Shown: positions 32,317 through 42,698, numbered from the stretch's first letter. The stretch: 64,000 bases of DNA from Alphaproteobacteria bacterium (GCA_965222575.1 OZ244958.1:1151847-1215846); one strand, 5' to 3'. Made by a program: numbers and translations. Notes: generated by a model not told the origin, from the letters alone.

Positions 32317-34005
32317 TTATTCTTTAGCAGACTTTACAAGATGAAATAAGGAACCTGCTGTTTCCACAAATTCTTTCACAATGACGGCTGCTGTCGTAGC
32401 ACCCGAGGGCTTTCTGTCATCAATGCCATGGGTAGGAGAATCTATGGTAATCACCACAACATATTTTGGATTCCAGTAAGGGAATGCAGCGGTAAAAGAG
32501 GCAATATATGTATCAGTATAAACACCATTCATCAATTTTTTGGCTGTTCCCGTTTTCCCTATCATGCCGTAACCCTCCACATAAGCTTCTTTTCCTGTTC
32601 CCTGTTTCGATAGTATAGTATAACGCATCATCTCAATCATCTTTTGAGAGGTCTCCTGTGTGATAACGCGTTTGCCTGCCTGTATCTTCTGTTTCATGAG
32701 CGTAGGGTCTCTATAGAGACCCCCGTTCACAACAGCAGCCGTCCCAGCAGCTAAGTGTAAAACTGATACAGCAATCCCATATCCATAAGACATACTCACA
32801 CTATCAACAAGTCCCCACTCTCCAGAGAGAATAGGCGTTGCCGTTTCAGGAACTTCAATGGATAAAGGGTCCATAAGGCCAAAGCCTTCCAAATAGTGGC
32901 GGTGCTGATGAATGTCAAGTTCCAGAACAATCCGCGCCGTACCAAGATTAGAAGACAGGGCATAAATATCTTTACAACTCAATGTCTTTTCCAATGCCCG
33001 TTTATCAGTAATTCTAAGAGGGCCAATCACCATAGGCGTTGCAATATCATAGGCTTTATCTTCCCAAGTAACGCCTTCATTCAGAGCAGCAGCAAGAGTA
33101 AAAGTCTTAAAAGTAGACCCCATCTCATACAAAGCATAAGTTGCTCGATTTCTCTTCTCCTCAGGAGAGGCCAACCAATAGACATTCCCATCAAAATCAG
33201 GTAAAGACACCATAGCAAGAATTTCACCTGTTTGCGCTTCCATCACGACTCCCGCCATGGCTTTCGCCCCAAACTTTTCCATCCCTACTAGCATGTGCTT
33301 GTGCAAAGCGTACTGTATCCCTCTATCCAAGGTCACGCGTAGAGGGGGGTTGCTTTGATTTTGAAGATACGTATCAAAGGTATATTCCAGCCCCGCAAGA
33401 CCAATGCCTTGGGGAGTCGTAAACCCTATGACATGGGAAAATAGTCGACCTGTATGATACAGGCGTTTTTCAGCTGTTCGAAACTCTAAGCCAACACAAT
33501 CCTCTTCACACACTGCTTGTTTTTGCTGCTGTGTAACATGAGAAATCACTAATACGCTGTGTTTTTTTTTCATCCTCAGACGCTTCTTAAGAGTCTCAAA
33601 AGAGACCTGTGGAAAAACAGTTTTCAAAATAGTCGCTGTCCGTACAGGGTCTTGAATATCTTTAAGACGCGCATAAATGTCATACACGCGAACATTTCCC
33701 GCTAGCATGTTACCCATTCTATCCACAATGGGCAAGCGTTTATAAGTAGAAGGAAGAAGGGAGCTATCAGAGAGTAACAAAGGCATTCTTTTATCCTCTT
33801 CCTGTACCTCATAAGCAAAAAGCAAGTGCCTTCCCCCAAAGACCACCGATAACAAGTGCGCCCCCATGAGTAGAAAAAGACAAATGATAAGCCATTGCAA
33901 AAAATCGCCTCTAGCACGTGCTACCTTAAAAAAAGACACGGTTTGACACACAGAAAGAGCCTTCATGCCCAACTGCTTCATAAAGAAAAGACGAAAGCCA
34001 TTCAC
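32317..34005 (-). CDS. ftsI: Septal transpeptidase PBP3
   Basis: YEMGSTFK (SxxK), SSN and KTGT motifs; within the dcw cluster. Confidence 0.93.
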   Translation of the reverse strand: MNGFRLFFMKQLGMKALSVCQTVSFFKVARARGDFLQWLIICLFLLMGAHLLSVVFGGRHLLFAYEVQEEDKRMPLLLSDSSLLPSTYKRLPIVDRMGNMLAGNVRVYDIYARLKDIQDPVRTATILKTVFPQVSFETLKKRLRMKKKHSVLVISHVTQQQKQAVCEEDCVGLEFRTAEKRLYHTGRLFSHVIGFTTPQGIGLAGLEYTFDTYLQNQSNPPLRVTLDRGIQYALHKHMLVGMEKFGAKAMAGVVMEAQTGEILAMVSLPDFDGNVYWLASPEEKRNRATYALYEMGSTFKTFTLAAALNEGVTWEDKAYDIATPMVIGPLRITDKRALEKTLSCKDIYALSSNLGTARIVLELDIHQHRHYLEGFGLMDPLSIEVPETATPILSGEWGLVDSVSMSYGYGIAVSVLHLAAGTAAVVNGGLYRDPTLMKQKIQAGKRVITQETSQKMIEMMRYTILSKQGTGKEAYVEGYGMIGKTGTAKKLMNGVYTDTYIASFTAAFPYWNPKYVVVITIDSPTHGIDDRKPSGATTAAVIVKEFVETAGSLFHLVKSAKE

Positions 34006-34340
34006 GGCGTTGGAGGATGTTTAGCTAAATACTCTTCCATAGAGAAGGCTCTCGGAGAAGAATCCCTCTGCGGAAAGTATTGTTGCCCTAGCTTCTCTAA
34101 CCGCTCAGGATTATTCAAAACCGCCCATTCATTCTTCAAAACCCATAAGCGTTGTGTTTGTATCGTGAGATTTTTCCTTAAATCCTTAACATCTTGAAGA
34201 GCCCCTCTTGTGAGAATCCCAATCACACAAGCCGCTACTCCAATAGAAAAAAAGAGGCCCAAGGCTCCAAAAAATAGCCACCGCACCCTCTTAAGGTCTC
34301 GTCTTTGGGCCTTTTTCGCTGAAGGAAACTCTATCATCAT
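34002..34340 (-). CDS. ftsL: Cell division protein FtsL-like
   Basis: One TM helix plus coiled coil with LKNEWAVLNNPERL; lies between rsmH and ftsI. Confidence 0.8.
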   Translation of the reverse strand: MMIEFPSAKKAQRRDLKRVRWLFFGALGLFFSIGVAACVIGILTRGALQDVKDLRKNLTIQTQRLWVLKNEWAVLNNPERLEKLGQQYFPQRDSSPRAFSMEEYLAKHPPTP

Positions 34341-35200
34341 AGGACTCTGTGTTCTTGGGCTTTCACAGCAGCTCTCATCTTCGCCGACGCAGCACGAGGA
34401 TTCCGCTCAACCTCCAAAGAAGAAGGCAATAAAGGCTTTTTTGACAAAGGAAAAAGCTTTTGAGAAAAAAACCGCTTAACAAGCCTATCTTCAAGACTAT
34501 GGAAAGATACCACCACCATCACCCCTCCCGTCTTCAAAAAATCACACGCCTGCTCTAACCCACTTTGAAGCCTTCTCAACTCATCATTGACGGCAATCCT
34601 CAACGCCTGAAAAATTCTCGCCACAGGCTTCCACTTCCTGAAAGTAGGCGGATGACAAGCAGACCAAATTACCTCCACAAAATCCCTCGACATGGAAAAT
34701 ACACGCTCCCTCCTCCTGCTCACCACCGCACGAGCAACAGCACTAGCACAAGGCTCTTCCCCGTACACGCTAAAAAGAGTCCGTAACTCCTTTTCCGAAC
34801 ACCTGTTGAGAATCTCCGCCGCCGTCTCCCCTGTGCCAGCCATACGCATATCCAAAGGACTGTCATGAATATAGGAAAACCCTCTGGAGAAATCCTCAAG
34901 CTGATAAGAGGAAAAACCAAGGTCAAAAACAATACCATCCATCACTTCCCCTACATCCCCTATCAACGCTCTCATAGACCCAAAATTCCCCTCCAGAAAA
35001 ACAAAAGCAGAAGACTCTATCTCACAAGCACGCTCTCTCGCTTGCGGGTCACAGTCTATAGCAAAAAGCTTTGCAGGCCCCCTCTCCAATATCTTCCGAC
35101 TGTAACCTCCACCCCCAAAGGTACTATCCAAATACACACCCCTCTCCTTCACATCTAAGACTTCTAACACAGCTTCACTCATAACAGGAAGATGAGACAC
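34337..35200 (-). CDS. rsmH: 16S rRNA m4C1402 methyltransferase
   Basis: HLPVM, DSTFGGGGYS, DLGFSSYQL..RGFS, FQALRIAVNDEL, SFHSLEDR. Confidence 0.96.
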   Translation of the reverse strand: MSHLPVMSEAVLEVLDVKERGVYLDSTFGGGGYSRKILERGPAKLFAIDCDPQARERACEIESSAFVFLEGNFGSMRALIGDVGEVMDGIVFDLGFSSYQLEDFSRGFSYIHDSPLDMRMAGTGETAAEILNRCSEKELRTLFSVYGEEPCASAVARAVVSRRRERVFSMSRDFVEVIWSACHPPTFRKWKPVARIFQALRIAVNDELRRLQSGLEQACDFLKTGGVMVVVSFHSLEDRLVKRFFSQKLFPLSKKPLLPSSLEVERNPRAASAKMRAAVKAQEHRVL

Positions 35201-35664
35201 TACTCCTCCTGCCGCTGAACTCTAGAAGGAAAATCCTCCGTTAAAAAGAAACTAAAAGCCCGCTGGCGTTGAGACTCCAAAAAACGCTTGCCTTCCTCAG
35301 GCTCCCAAATCAGAAAACGCTCGCCAATCCCTACAAAAAGCGCTTCCCCCACAATAGAAGCAAACCTCTTCAAAGAGGACAACAACACCACTCTCCCATC
35401 CCTATCAATAGGCAAAGGAGATGCCGTAGCAAACAAAGCCGTTAACAACGCATCATCCTTCCCCGATAAAAGAACATTCTCCCGCGCAGCATGAAGCTTG
35501 CCAATAAAAGACACGCCACTCACTTCAATAGCCCTATAATGAAGAGACGGGTAAGCAATAAAATTACCCGTCTCCTCAGGCTTCATCACCCCTCGAAACT
35601 TCGAAGGAATTGAAACCCGCCCTTTGCTATCTACGCTATGAATATAGTGAGATAAAAAAAACAT
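35200..35664 (-). CDS. mraZ: Transcriptional regulator MraZ
   Basis: Paired DSKGRVSIP and DRDGRV motifs; first gene of the dcw cluster. Start placed at ATG 35664. Confidence 0.92.
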   Translation of the reverse strand: MFFLSHYIHSVDSKGRVSIPSKFRGVMKPEETGNFIAYPSLHYRAIEVSGVSFIGKLHAARENVLLSGKDDALLTALFATASPLPIDRDGRVVLLSSLKRFASIVGEALFVGIGERFLIWEPEEGKRFLESQRQRAFSFFLTEDFPSRVQRQEE

Positions 35665-35713
35665 AGGGCTCTTCCTCTTTATACAAAAATGTGTTTGCAT
35701 AAAAGCTCTCACA

Positions 35714-35775
35714 TTTATCCCATAATACCACAATCTTATGGGATAAAAACACTTTTTTATGGAATTATATGGAAA
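35714..35775. promoter_or_regulatory. Putative MraZ-binding region upstream of mraZ
   Basis: Perfect inverted repeat TTTATCCCATAA-N10-TTATGGGATAAA plus further ATGGA repeats at 10-bp spacing; MraZ is known to bind TGGG-type boxes. Confidence 0.5.
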
Positions 35776-35972
35776 AATACTTTAAGAGACCTAGTAAACA
35801 CACTGTACTCATGACAGATGATGCCAACAGAGGAGAGAACGCCTGCTTATAGCACTTTGCCTTGTTTTTTCTCTATACCACACACCACTCCACACTATTC
35901 ATACGAAGCTTACCCCTAAGTTAAGTGAAAATTTTGTTTATGTTTTTCCTTGAATTTTGTACAGTAATTATC

Positions 35973-36662
35973 ATGAAGGAGAAACCTCACTATTACGGAC
36001 ACAGAAAAAGATTAGCGAAACGACTCCGCTCAATCCCCTCTCATTTCCTTGAAGACTACGAGATACTAGAAGGGCTTTTACATTTTTTTATCCCCAGAAA
36101 AGATACAAAACCTCTAGCAAAAAAATTGCTTAAAGACTTCCACTCTCTAGAAGGAATCTTCAAAGCTCCTCAGAAAACCCTTCTCACGTATTCTGGTATC
36201 GGATCACAAGTTTCTTCTAACATAAAGCTCGTTGACGCTCTCTATGAGGAGTTCATCAAACCTCCCCCCAAAAAGCCTCTTGTTTACCTGAACTCTCTAA
36301 ACAAAATTACAAAGTTCTGTAGAAAACGCTATGTTCATCAGAAAATGCCCCACTGTCTATACGCACTAGGATTAAACACAAAAAGACAATTTCTCTTGGA
36401 GAAGTCCTTAGAACAACGGACTTTTATTACAGAAAAAACACAGTTCTTCTCTTATTTACTGAAATATATGCTCTCTAGCCCCATTGAAGCCATTTTGCTG
36501 ATAAACTTTTACACAACCCCTTCTATCTCTATCCCTGATGGACACAAAGAACATATCATGGACCTCTCCTCAAAACTCGCTTCTTTAGATATTGACATAG
36601 AGGACTATGTTATTCTCAATAAAAAATCTGCTATTAGCTTCAAAGATGAAAATCTATTGTAA
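35973..36662 (+). CDS. radC: RadC-like protein with a degenerate JAB domain
   Basis: N-terminal PHYYGHRKRL...DYEILE...IPRKDTKPLAKKLL. The HNHPSG motif is replaced by NFYTTP. Confidence 0.75.
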   Translation: MKEKPHYYGHRKRLAKRLRSIPSHFLEDYEILEGLLHFFIPRKDTKPLAKKLLKDFHSLEGIFKAPQKTLLTYSGIGSQVSSNIKLVDALYEEFIKPPPKKPLVYLNSLNKITKFCRKRYVHQKMPHCLYALGLNTKRQFLLEKSLEQRTFITEKTQFFSYLLKYMLSSPIEAILLINFYTTPSISIPDGHKEHIMDLSSKLASLDIDIEDYVILNKKSAISFKDENLL

Positions 36663-36674
36663 GCTGAAGCTATA

Positions 36675-36738
36675 GACCAAAAGGTCTTCGACCAAAAGGC
36701 CTTCGACCAAAAGTCCTTCGACCAAAAGGCCTTCGACC
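36675..36738. repeat. 15-bp tandem repeat, 4 full copies plus a partial copy
   Basis: Consensus GACCAAAAGGCCTTC with single substitutions. Confidence 0.9.
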
Positions 36739-36796
36739 GCGCGTCCCGTTACAGGAGGAAGAAGCCCCACAAGCCTTCTTTCACCCGCTACAAGCC

Positions 36797-37476
36797 ATAA
36801 AGACTAAGAAGGAGGCACCCTTAGGGTAAGACTAAGAAGGAGGCACCCGCTAAGGGTAAGACTAAGAAGGAGGCACCCGCCTATAAGGGTAAGACTAAGA
36901 AGGAGGCACTATAGGGTAAGACTAAGAAGGAGGCACCCGCCTATAGGGTAAGACTAAGAAGGAGGCACCCGCCATAAGGGACTAAGAGCCATAAGGGTAA
37001 GAAGGAGGCACCCGCCATAAGGGTAAGACTAAGAAGGAGGCACCCGCTATAGGGATAAGGGTAAGACTAAGAAGGAGGCACCCGCCATAAGGGTAAGACT
37101 AAGAAGGAGGCACCCGCCATAAGGGTAAGACTAAGAAGGAGGCACCCGCCTATAGGATAAAACTAAGAAGGAGGCACCCGCCTATAGGGTAAGAGTAAGA
37201 AGGAGGCACCCGCTATAGGGTAAGACTAAGAAGGAGGGTAAGACTAAGAAGGAGGCACCCGCCTAAGGGTAAGACTAAGAAGGAGGCACCCCCTAAGGGT
37301 AAGACTAAGAAGGAGGCATAAGGGTAAGACTAAGAAGGAGGCACCCGCCATAAGGATAAGACTAAGAAGGAGGCACCCGCCTAAGGGTAAGACTAAGAAG
37401 GAGGCACCCGCCATAAGGATAAGACTAAGAAGGAGGGAAGGCTCATCGAGCCATAGGATAAAACTAAGAAGGAGGA
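36797..37476. repeat. Tandem array of ~22 copies of a ~30-33-bp unit
   Basis: Consensus TAAGGGTAAGACTAAGAAGGAGGCACCCGCCA. I counted 22 AAGAAGGAGG cores by eye; there are no unique spacers. Confidence 0.95.
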
Positions 37477-37502
37477 AGAAAGGGGGGGGCCTTTCTTCCT
37501 CC
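37471..37502. terminator. Perfect 13-bp stem hairpin, possible terminator of the minus-strand pilus cluster
   Basis: GGAGGAAGAAAGG-GGGGGG-CCTTTCTTCCTCC, located 80 bp after the last pilus gene; no clean U-tract. Confidence 0.45.
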
Positions 37503-37581
37503 CATAGTATAAAACCTCTATCAACAGCTGTGGTAGCTTATGAAGGGAGAATCGTATCTTGTAGAAAAGGAGACTATTTTT

Positions 37582-38280
37582 CTAATAATAGATAAGAAAG
37601 ATAACAAAGAATCCTCTTGTTCCTTCTTCTACAGAGACTTCATAAGAATCTTCTCCTCCCTCAAGAAGAAGTTTGCCAGAGAAAGTCAAATCTAAAAACC
37701 CACTGCTATCAAATTGCACAGAGGCAGGAGAAGGATTTTGTATGTCCGGAGAAGGCAACTCCATATCTTTTCCCCCTATTTGCTTAAAGGTAGTAGGTAA
37801 AAACTTGAGAATATTTTTATTTTCTTCATTTTTCAAAATACTTGGCTGAAACAACAAATTAATTTCCAAGTTTGGCTTTCCAGAGATCTGAATACGCACT
37901 ACATTTTCCAACACCTTTTCATCGAAGACAGAAAAAATCCCACGCTTTTCATCCTCTTTTTTTATCTCCTCTTCCTGCAGAAAATTCACGCGCTTAATCA
38001 TAAGTTTTCTGAGCCTTGGAACCACCTGCGTGTGAACAATAGAATCTGTTTCCCCAACATAAGGAAGCAATAAAGGCGCAATAAAAGAAGTTTTCCCCAC
38101 AACATGAACACTATCTCCCAGCGCAATACTGGGTGGACGAACAAAAATCTTTGGCACAATAAGGTGAGAAAAGGAGAACCCTAAACGAAAAGAAAGATCT
38201 TCCGCCTTTAACTCAGTAACTACTTTCACCCCTCCTAATAATAAGCATAATACAAAAATAACACCTACAACTTTTTTCAT
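37582..38280 (-). CDS. Secreted pilin-like protein (divergent DUF4402-like), downstream of the usher
   Basis: Signal peptide, IQISGKPN, LTFSGKLLL and a C-terminal hydrophobic strand ending in Y, shared with the paralogues. Strong GGAGGT upstream of ATG 38280. Confidence 0.55.
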   Translation of the reverse strand: MKKVVGVIFVLCLLLGGVKVVTELKAEDLSFRLGFSFSHLIVPKIFVRPPSIALGDSVHVVGKTSFIAPLLLPYVGETDSIVHTQVVPRLRKLMIKRVNFLQEEEIKKEDEKRGIFSVFDEKVLENVVRIQISGKPNLEINLLFQPSILKNEENKNILKFLPTTFKQIGGKDMELPSPDIQNPSPASVQFDSSGFLDLTFSGKLLLEGGEDSYEVSVEEGTRGFFVIFLIYY

Positions 38281-38326
38281 GTTACCTCCACCTCCGTCAC
38301 CATAACCGTCTTTCATAAAATAAGCC

Positions 38327-41107
38327 TTACTCTAACTCTACCACAATATCATCAAGCTCTATATAATCACTGTCCTCTGTGATTTCAAACTTATGGTCGT
38401 CAGAAAGAGACAACTCTTTACCATAGCGAGTTTGCCCTTTTTCCAAAGCAATAGTATACTGCCCTACAAGGACTTCAGATGAAAAAAGATAGCCCGATTC
38501 ATCCGTAAGAACACGCCATTTCGCTCCGTCATGACCAACAAGATAAAGCGCCATTCCCCTTGCTGGAACAAGCTGATTATCAGGCTTGCGAACCATGACC
38601 CTTGCTTCTACAGGAGCAACATACGATAAAGGTACAAAAACCTCCGTTACACTACCTCCCTTCGGCGCAACACCAATTCTTTGATAAACAGGCACAACAA
38701 AAGGATTCTCTATGCTACCAAGATCAACAGAGAGAACCGCTATACGATTAGCACTAACCCCCTTAATAACACCGCGCCCATCTCCCCCTGAGGCTTGTTG
38801 AAATTTAGAATACCCCCTCACACGAACTCCTTCCACAGGCTCTTCTCCAACGTCCTTCACCCTGTTCCTATTAGAGTCAATGAAAAATATAGGGACAATC
38901 ACACCATCTCCAATACCCCCAGACCCAGAAGCAACATAACGCCCTCGTCCCGTATGATACAACATAGTAGAGACACTAGCTGATATCGTAATGTTTTTAT
39001 TCTCATGAAACCTGACATTCATACTAGTCCTCAAATTTCCCGTCACCACAAAATTCGTACTAGCAGTAAAAGACACTTTCTTAGTTGTAGTATTATACGA
39101 AGGAGACAAGGACACAGCAAAATTTCTCACAAAATTCACATACACCCTAAAATCAATAACATCAACCTTGAACTTCTTCTCCTTCTCCGTATACTTATAA
39201 GGCACAGATATCCTTACAGAAGTGCTGATGCTCCGCGAAGCCCACCAAGAATACCCAGCAGAAAGTCTTCCTGAAAAGTCTTTATACTTCTGTTTATGGT
39301 CTCTACTGCTAGCAACCGTAGCCCCTAGCAATAGCCTTTTCATATATGCCGACCAGCTAACATTGAAACTTTCCTTATACTGAGCCCCATCCAACCTCCT
39401 AGGTTCTCGATAATGCCAGCGCCTGAAATTAGCAGATAAACTGGTTCTCCCTATGGGCAAACTCACATTGAAAAAACCGTTAAATTGCAGCTCCTCGTCA
39501 TTGTAGTAAGCACTTGAAGAAAGGTATCCCTTTTGAAAAATATTGCCTTGAAATGAGTATAAAATACGATTCATTCTACCAGATAAATAAAAGGCAACTG
39601 CAGTCTTAAGGGCATCTTCCTGCCTGTTCTTCAACAGCGAAACAGTTGTTGATGAATGAAATTTAGAAGTGCCTGTGCTGATGCCCATACTCAACGCCCA
39701 ATTTTGGGCATCCCTCTGCCCACTAGGAAAAATCCCGCCTAATAAAGAGAGCCTCACATTGTTTCCTAGTCCATAAACCAGTCTTACTACTGCCGTTGCT
39801 TTGTGCTGAAATCCTTCCTCTTTTTCCCCCTTTAGAAGTTCAAACATGGAATAGCCAGTATCCAAAACCGTAGCGTTAACAAACACTTTCCCTCTAATTG
39901 GTACAGCATAAGATAGCTCTACCCTCTCTATTTTCTCATCTATTTTCCCTTCATCTCCATAGGTTAAAACCTTCAGAATATTTTCCCCAGGTAAAAGAGG
40001 AATCTCATCAAATTCGTAGTAATAACCCTCCTCATCCTGCTTGATGTGCTCATCATCTAATGCAATAACAACAATTTCTTGCAGAACGCCATTATGATAG
40101 AATTCTAACTCTTCTCCCGGTTTCCCATAAGCTTTCAAAGAAGTCGTGTGGCCTTCCGCTCTGTAATCCATAGAGTGAGTAGAAACCTGAAACCCTATCC
40201 CTGATGAGCCTTGAAAGGCTAACGGAATACCTAAGGATGAAATATCCCCTAAACGGAGAGACCGTAACCCTTTGACCCCTAAAACATTACCATAGGGACT
40301 TTCACTCTGAGCAGTCCAAGAAAAATTACTCAAGCGCTTGTTGACATCAGGTGAAAAATTATACGCAAAATTTACACGTTGATTAAGACGAAATGCATCT
40401 GCAGCTATCCTTACAGATAAAGAACTATACAAGTCTTTTGAATCCTTATTCCACGAAAATGACTGGTTTAGAGACACAGATGGCAATGTTAAGCCAGCAT
40501 AGGAAGTCTCAGGATAAGAGAGATACTTATATTCTTTTGGGATACCCTGTGCCGAGAAAAAATTAGAAATTATTTGTTGGCGCGCTAACTCCTCCTCTAA
40601 AGGAAGATATTCCTCACTATCAATGGACAGAGTCCCAGAATCAAAAGACGCAACAATTTCTAAAGAGAACAAAACCTCCCACAAACCTTTCAAAGCATAG
40701 AGCATATTATCGTACTCAATAAAAGTATCGTCTACAAGATCATGGCGCTTCCCATCTTTTTCCAAGACCCCTTCTTTATAACGAATTGAGAAAGTATTCA
40801 CTTTACTCATGAACCATCCACTGATGATTCCTTTTTCTTCATCCCAGTCGGTGACACGAACACGCAAAAGGCTACTGAATTCCTCAAAAGGAAGATATAA
40901 AGGTTGGCCTGTCTCTATATCGGCATACCCTATAATAGGATCATCTAAGGCAATGGATTTCACCCTAAGAGTGAGAATTACTTCGTCCATTTCGGCTGCA
41001 GAGCACCCTAAAAATCCAAATAATCCTACTACTACAAAGAATTTCAAGAATCTAAAAATCATAATCCCTCTATCCCCATACATCATAAAAAAATGTTTCT
41101 CTATCAA
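38327..41107 (-). CDS. Fimbrial usher-like outer membrane protein (926 aa)
   Basis: Signal peptide; plug-like ELEFYHNGVL...YEFDEIPLLPGEN; long alternating beta-strand region; C-terminal FIDSNRNRVKD and carboxypeptidase-regulatory-like domains; adjacent to the chaperone. Confidence 0.75.
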   Translation of the reverse strand: MIEKHFFMMYGDRGIMIFRFLKFFVVVGLFGFLGCSAAEMDEVILTLRVKSIALDDPIIGYADIETGQPLYLPFEEFSSLLRVRVTDWDEEKGIISGWFMSKVNTFSIRYKEGVLEKDGKRHDLVDDTFIEYDNMLYALKGLWEVLFSLEIVASFDSGTLSIDSEEYLPLEEELARQQIISNFFSAQGIPKEYKYLSYPETSYAGLTLPSVSLNQSFSWNKDSKDLYSSLSVRIAADAFRLNQRVNFAYNFSPDVNKRLSNFSWTAQSESPYGNVLGVKGLRSLRLGDISSLGIPLAFQGSSGIGFQVSTHSMDYRAEGHTTSLKAYGKPGEELEFYHNGVLQEIVVIALDDEHIKQDEEGYYYEFDEIPLLPGENILKVLTYGDEGKIDEKIERVELSYAVPIRGKVFVNATVLDTGYSMFELLKGEKEEGFQHKATAVVRLVYGLGNNVRLSLLGGIFPSGQRDAQNWALSMGISTGTSKFHSSTTVSLLKNRQEDALKTAVAFYLSGRMNRILYSFQGNIFQKGYLSSSAYYNDEELQFNGFFNVSLPIGRTSLSANFRRWHYREPRRLDGAQYKESFNVSWSAYMKRLLLGATVASSRDHKQKYKDFSGRLSAGYSWWASRSISTSVRISVPYKYTEKEKKFKVDVIDFRVYVNFVRNFAVSLSPSYNTTTKKVSFTASTNFVVTGNLRTSMNVRFHENKNITISASVSTMLYHTGRGRYVASGSGGIGDGVIVPIFFIDSNRNRVKDVGEEPVEGVRVRGYSKFQQASGGDGRGVIKGVSANRIAVLSVDLGSIENPFVVPVYQRIGVAPKGGSVTEVFVPLSYVAPVEARVMVRKPDNQLVPARGMALYLVGHDGAKWRVLTDESGYLFSSEVLVGQYTIALEKGQTRYGKELSLSDDHKFEITEDSDYIELDDIVVELE

Positions 41108-41998
41108 TTATTGTTGCATTTGATTTTCATAGTACCATTGTGTTCCATATTTCGGAGCATCACTGATATGAACTTTATCAAAAACCTTTATCTTGTTGCT
41201 GGTATCATCATCTCTTGTGTATTCAACCTCTATGGTATTAGGGTCAAAAGTTGTGAAGTCATCGGACTCCATGACATTAATAAAGATCATGCGACGTTCT
41301 ATTTCACTATAAACGGCGGCGCCATTGCGTAGTCCTATGAGTTTTCGTCCTTTATCGGTTTTAGCATACACCTCTAGTTTTCCGATAGCGGATCCATTTC
41401 CTTCTCTATTCAGGACAAAAGAGACGAGTTTTTTGTCTCCATCATAGGACACATCAGAGATTTTTGCGCCCCCTGTGACATTGCCATAGCGTATGATAAG
41501 AGGGATAGACACAGCGATTAACATTTCTACGCCTAAGCTATTATCGTCTTTGTTATCGTCTTTGGAAAACTTGACGGAGGTAGGTCTAGGAACGAAATTG
41601 ACATAGACACGATATTCCCCATGTCCAAAGTCTTTAGGCGGACGGAACAAGAAGCGAAAGACTTGGCTTTTGTGGGATTGCAAGATGGTTTTTCTAGGGC
41701 TATAGCGCAGGTATTTGAAGAAAGGAAAATCCTCCAAAGATTCTCCAGCTTTGACCAGAACTTGGTGATTACCATAAGCATCCTGACGCATAACGGAGAA
41801 CTGAATGTCATAGATTTTAGCAGAGGAAGAAGAGTTTGTTAAAGTGACACTTCCTGTTTTTTTGCCATCTGCAATCATGATTCTCGTGGGATAGATACTT
41901 GTGTAAGCTTGAGCATTAGCAAAGAGGAAAACACAAGATGCAACTAGCGTTTTTACACATAAAGTTCGGATTATTTTCTTCATTTCCTTTGATTTCAT
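41108..41998 (-). CDS. Periplasmic pilus assembly chaperone (PapD/EcpB-like)
   Basis: Signal peptide followed by IYPTRIMI, VTLTN, YLRYSPRK..L...QVFR, GEYR, VSIPLIIRYG, REGNGS. Confidence 0.85.
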   Translation of the reverse strand: MKSKEMKKIIRTLCVKTLVASCVFLFANAQAYTSIYPTRIMIADGKKTGSVTLTNSSSSAKIYDIQFSVMRQDAYGNHQVLVKAGESLEDFPFFKYLRYSPRKTILQSHKSQVFRFLFRPPKDFGHGEYRVYVNFVPRPTSVKFSKDDNKDDNSLGVEMLIAVSIPLIIRYGNVTGGAKISDVSYDGDKKLVSFVLNREGNGSAIGKLEVYAKTDKGRKLIGLRNGAAVYSEIERRMIFINVMESDDFTTFDPNTIEVEYTRDDDTSNKIKVFDKVHISDAPKYGTQWYYENQMQQ

Positions 41999-42056
41999 TT
42001 AACTATTAATATAGTGATTATTTTTCTCTTTTTGCTTTCAAGAAGCAAGTACAACC

Positions 42057-42698
42057 TTAATCATAAACAACACGCACTAGAACATTAGCTATTACATTAG
42101 CTATTGTGTTATAGGTATTAGCCTTTGCGTTTGCTTCCACAGTGACAATGCCGCCTAGGTGTAAATAGGCTTTGCCATTTGCTCCCAAAGTGGCATAAAC
42201 CACTGTATCTTCTTCAGTTTCATCTAATAGTTCTGCTTCTCTTGTGGAGGTGGAATAGAAAGGAACGCGGGTACTTTCCTGTAGCTCTCCCGCAGTACTC
42301 ATAGACAGAGGGCCAATCTCAAAAGAGACACCATCACTCTCTGTGGTATCAGAGACGAGGAATTCTATACCAACGATGGCATCTTGGCGTCCTAGAATTT
42401 CGATAAGTGCTTCATTGAATATCCCTTCAACACCATACACGTTATAGAGTTCTCCTAAGGTGCCATTAGGTTTTAGTTCTAAGGTGGCTTCTAGGGTTTT
42501 ATCTTCGATGACAATGTTACTCCCTAGCTCCATTTCTTCGACTAGGGATAGGTTGATATAGCCAACTTCAACGGTTGCCTTTACATTGACTTCCGCTAAC
42601 GGCTTGACTGCTATTGCACTTGGTATTGACAAAATATTGGTAGCCTCCCAAAAGAAGAATCCTAGAGAGAAGGCTAATAAACAACGTGTACAGATCAT
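42057..42698 (-). CDS. DUF4402-like pilin subunit
   Basis: Signal peptide; EMELG, LHLGGIVTV, C-terminal VLVRVVYD. Confidence 0.7.
   Translation of the reverse strand: MICTRCLLAFSLGFFFWEATNILSIPSAIAVKPLAEVNVKATVEVGYINLSLVEEMELGSNIVIEDKTLEATLELKPNGTLGELYNVYGVEGIFNEALIEILGRQDAIVGIEFLVSDTTESDGVSFEIGPLSMSTAGELQESTRVPFYSTSTREAELLDETEEDTVVYATLGANGKAYLHLGGIVTVEANAKANTYNTIANVIANVLVRVVYD

Noticed and set aside
36797-37476. CRISPR array
   Set aside because: Units are contiguous with only a few variable bases between them; no unique spacers, and no cas genes in the window.
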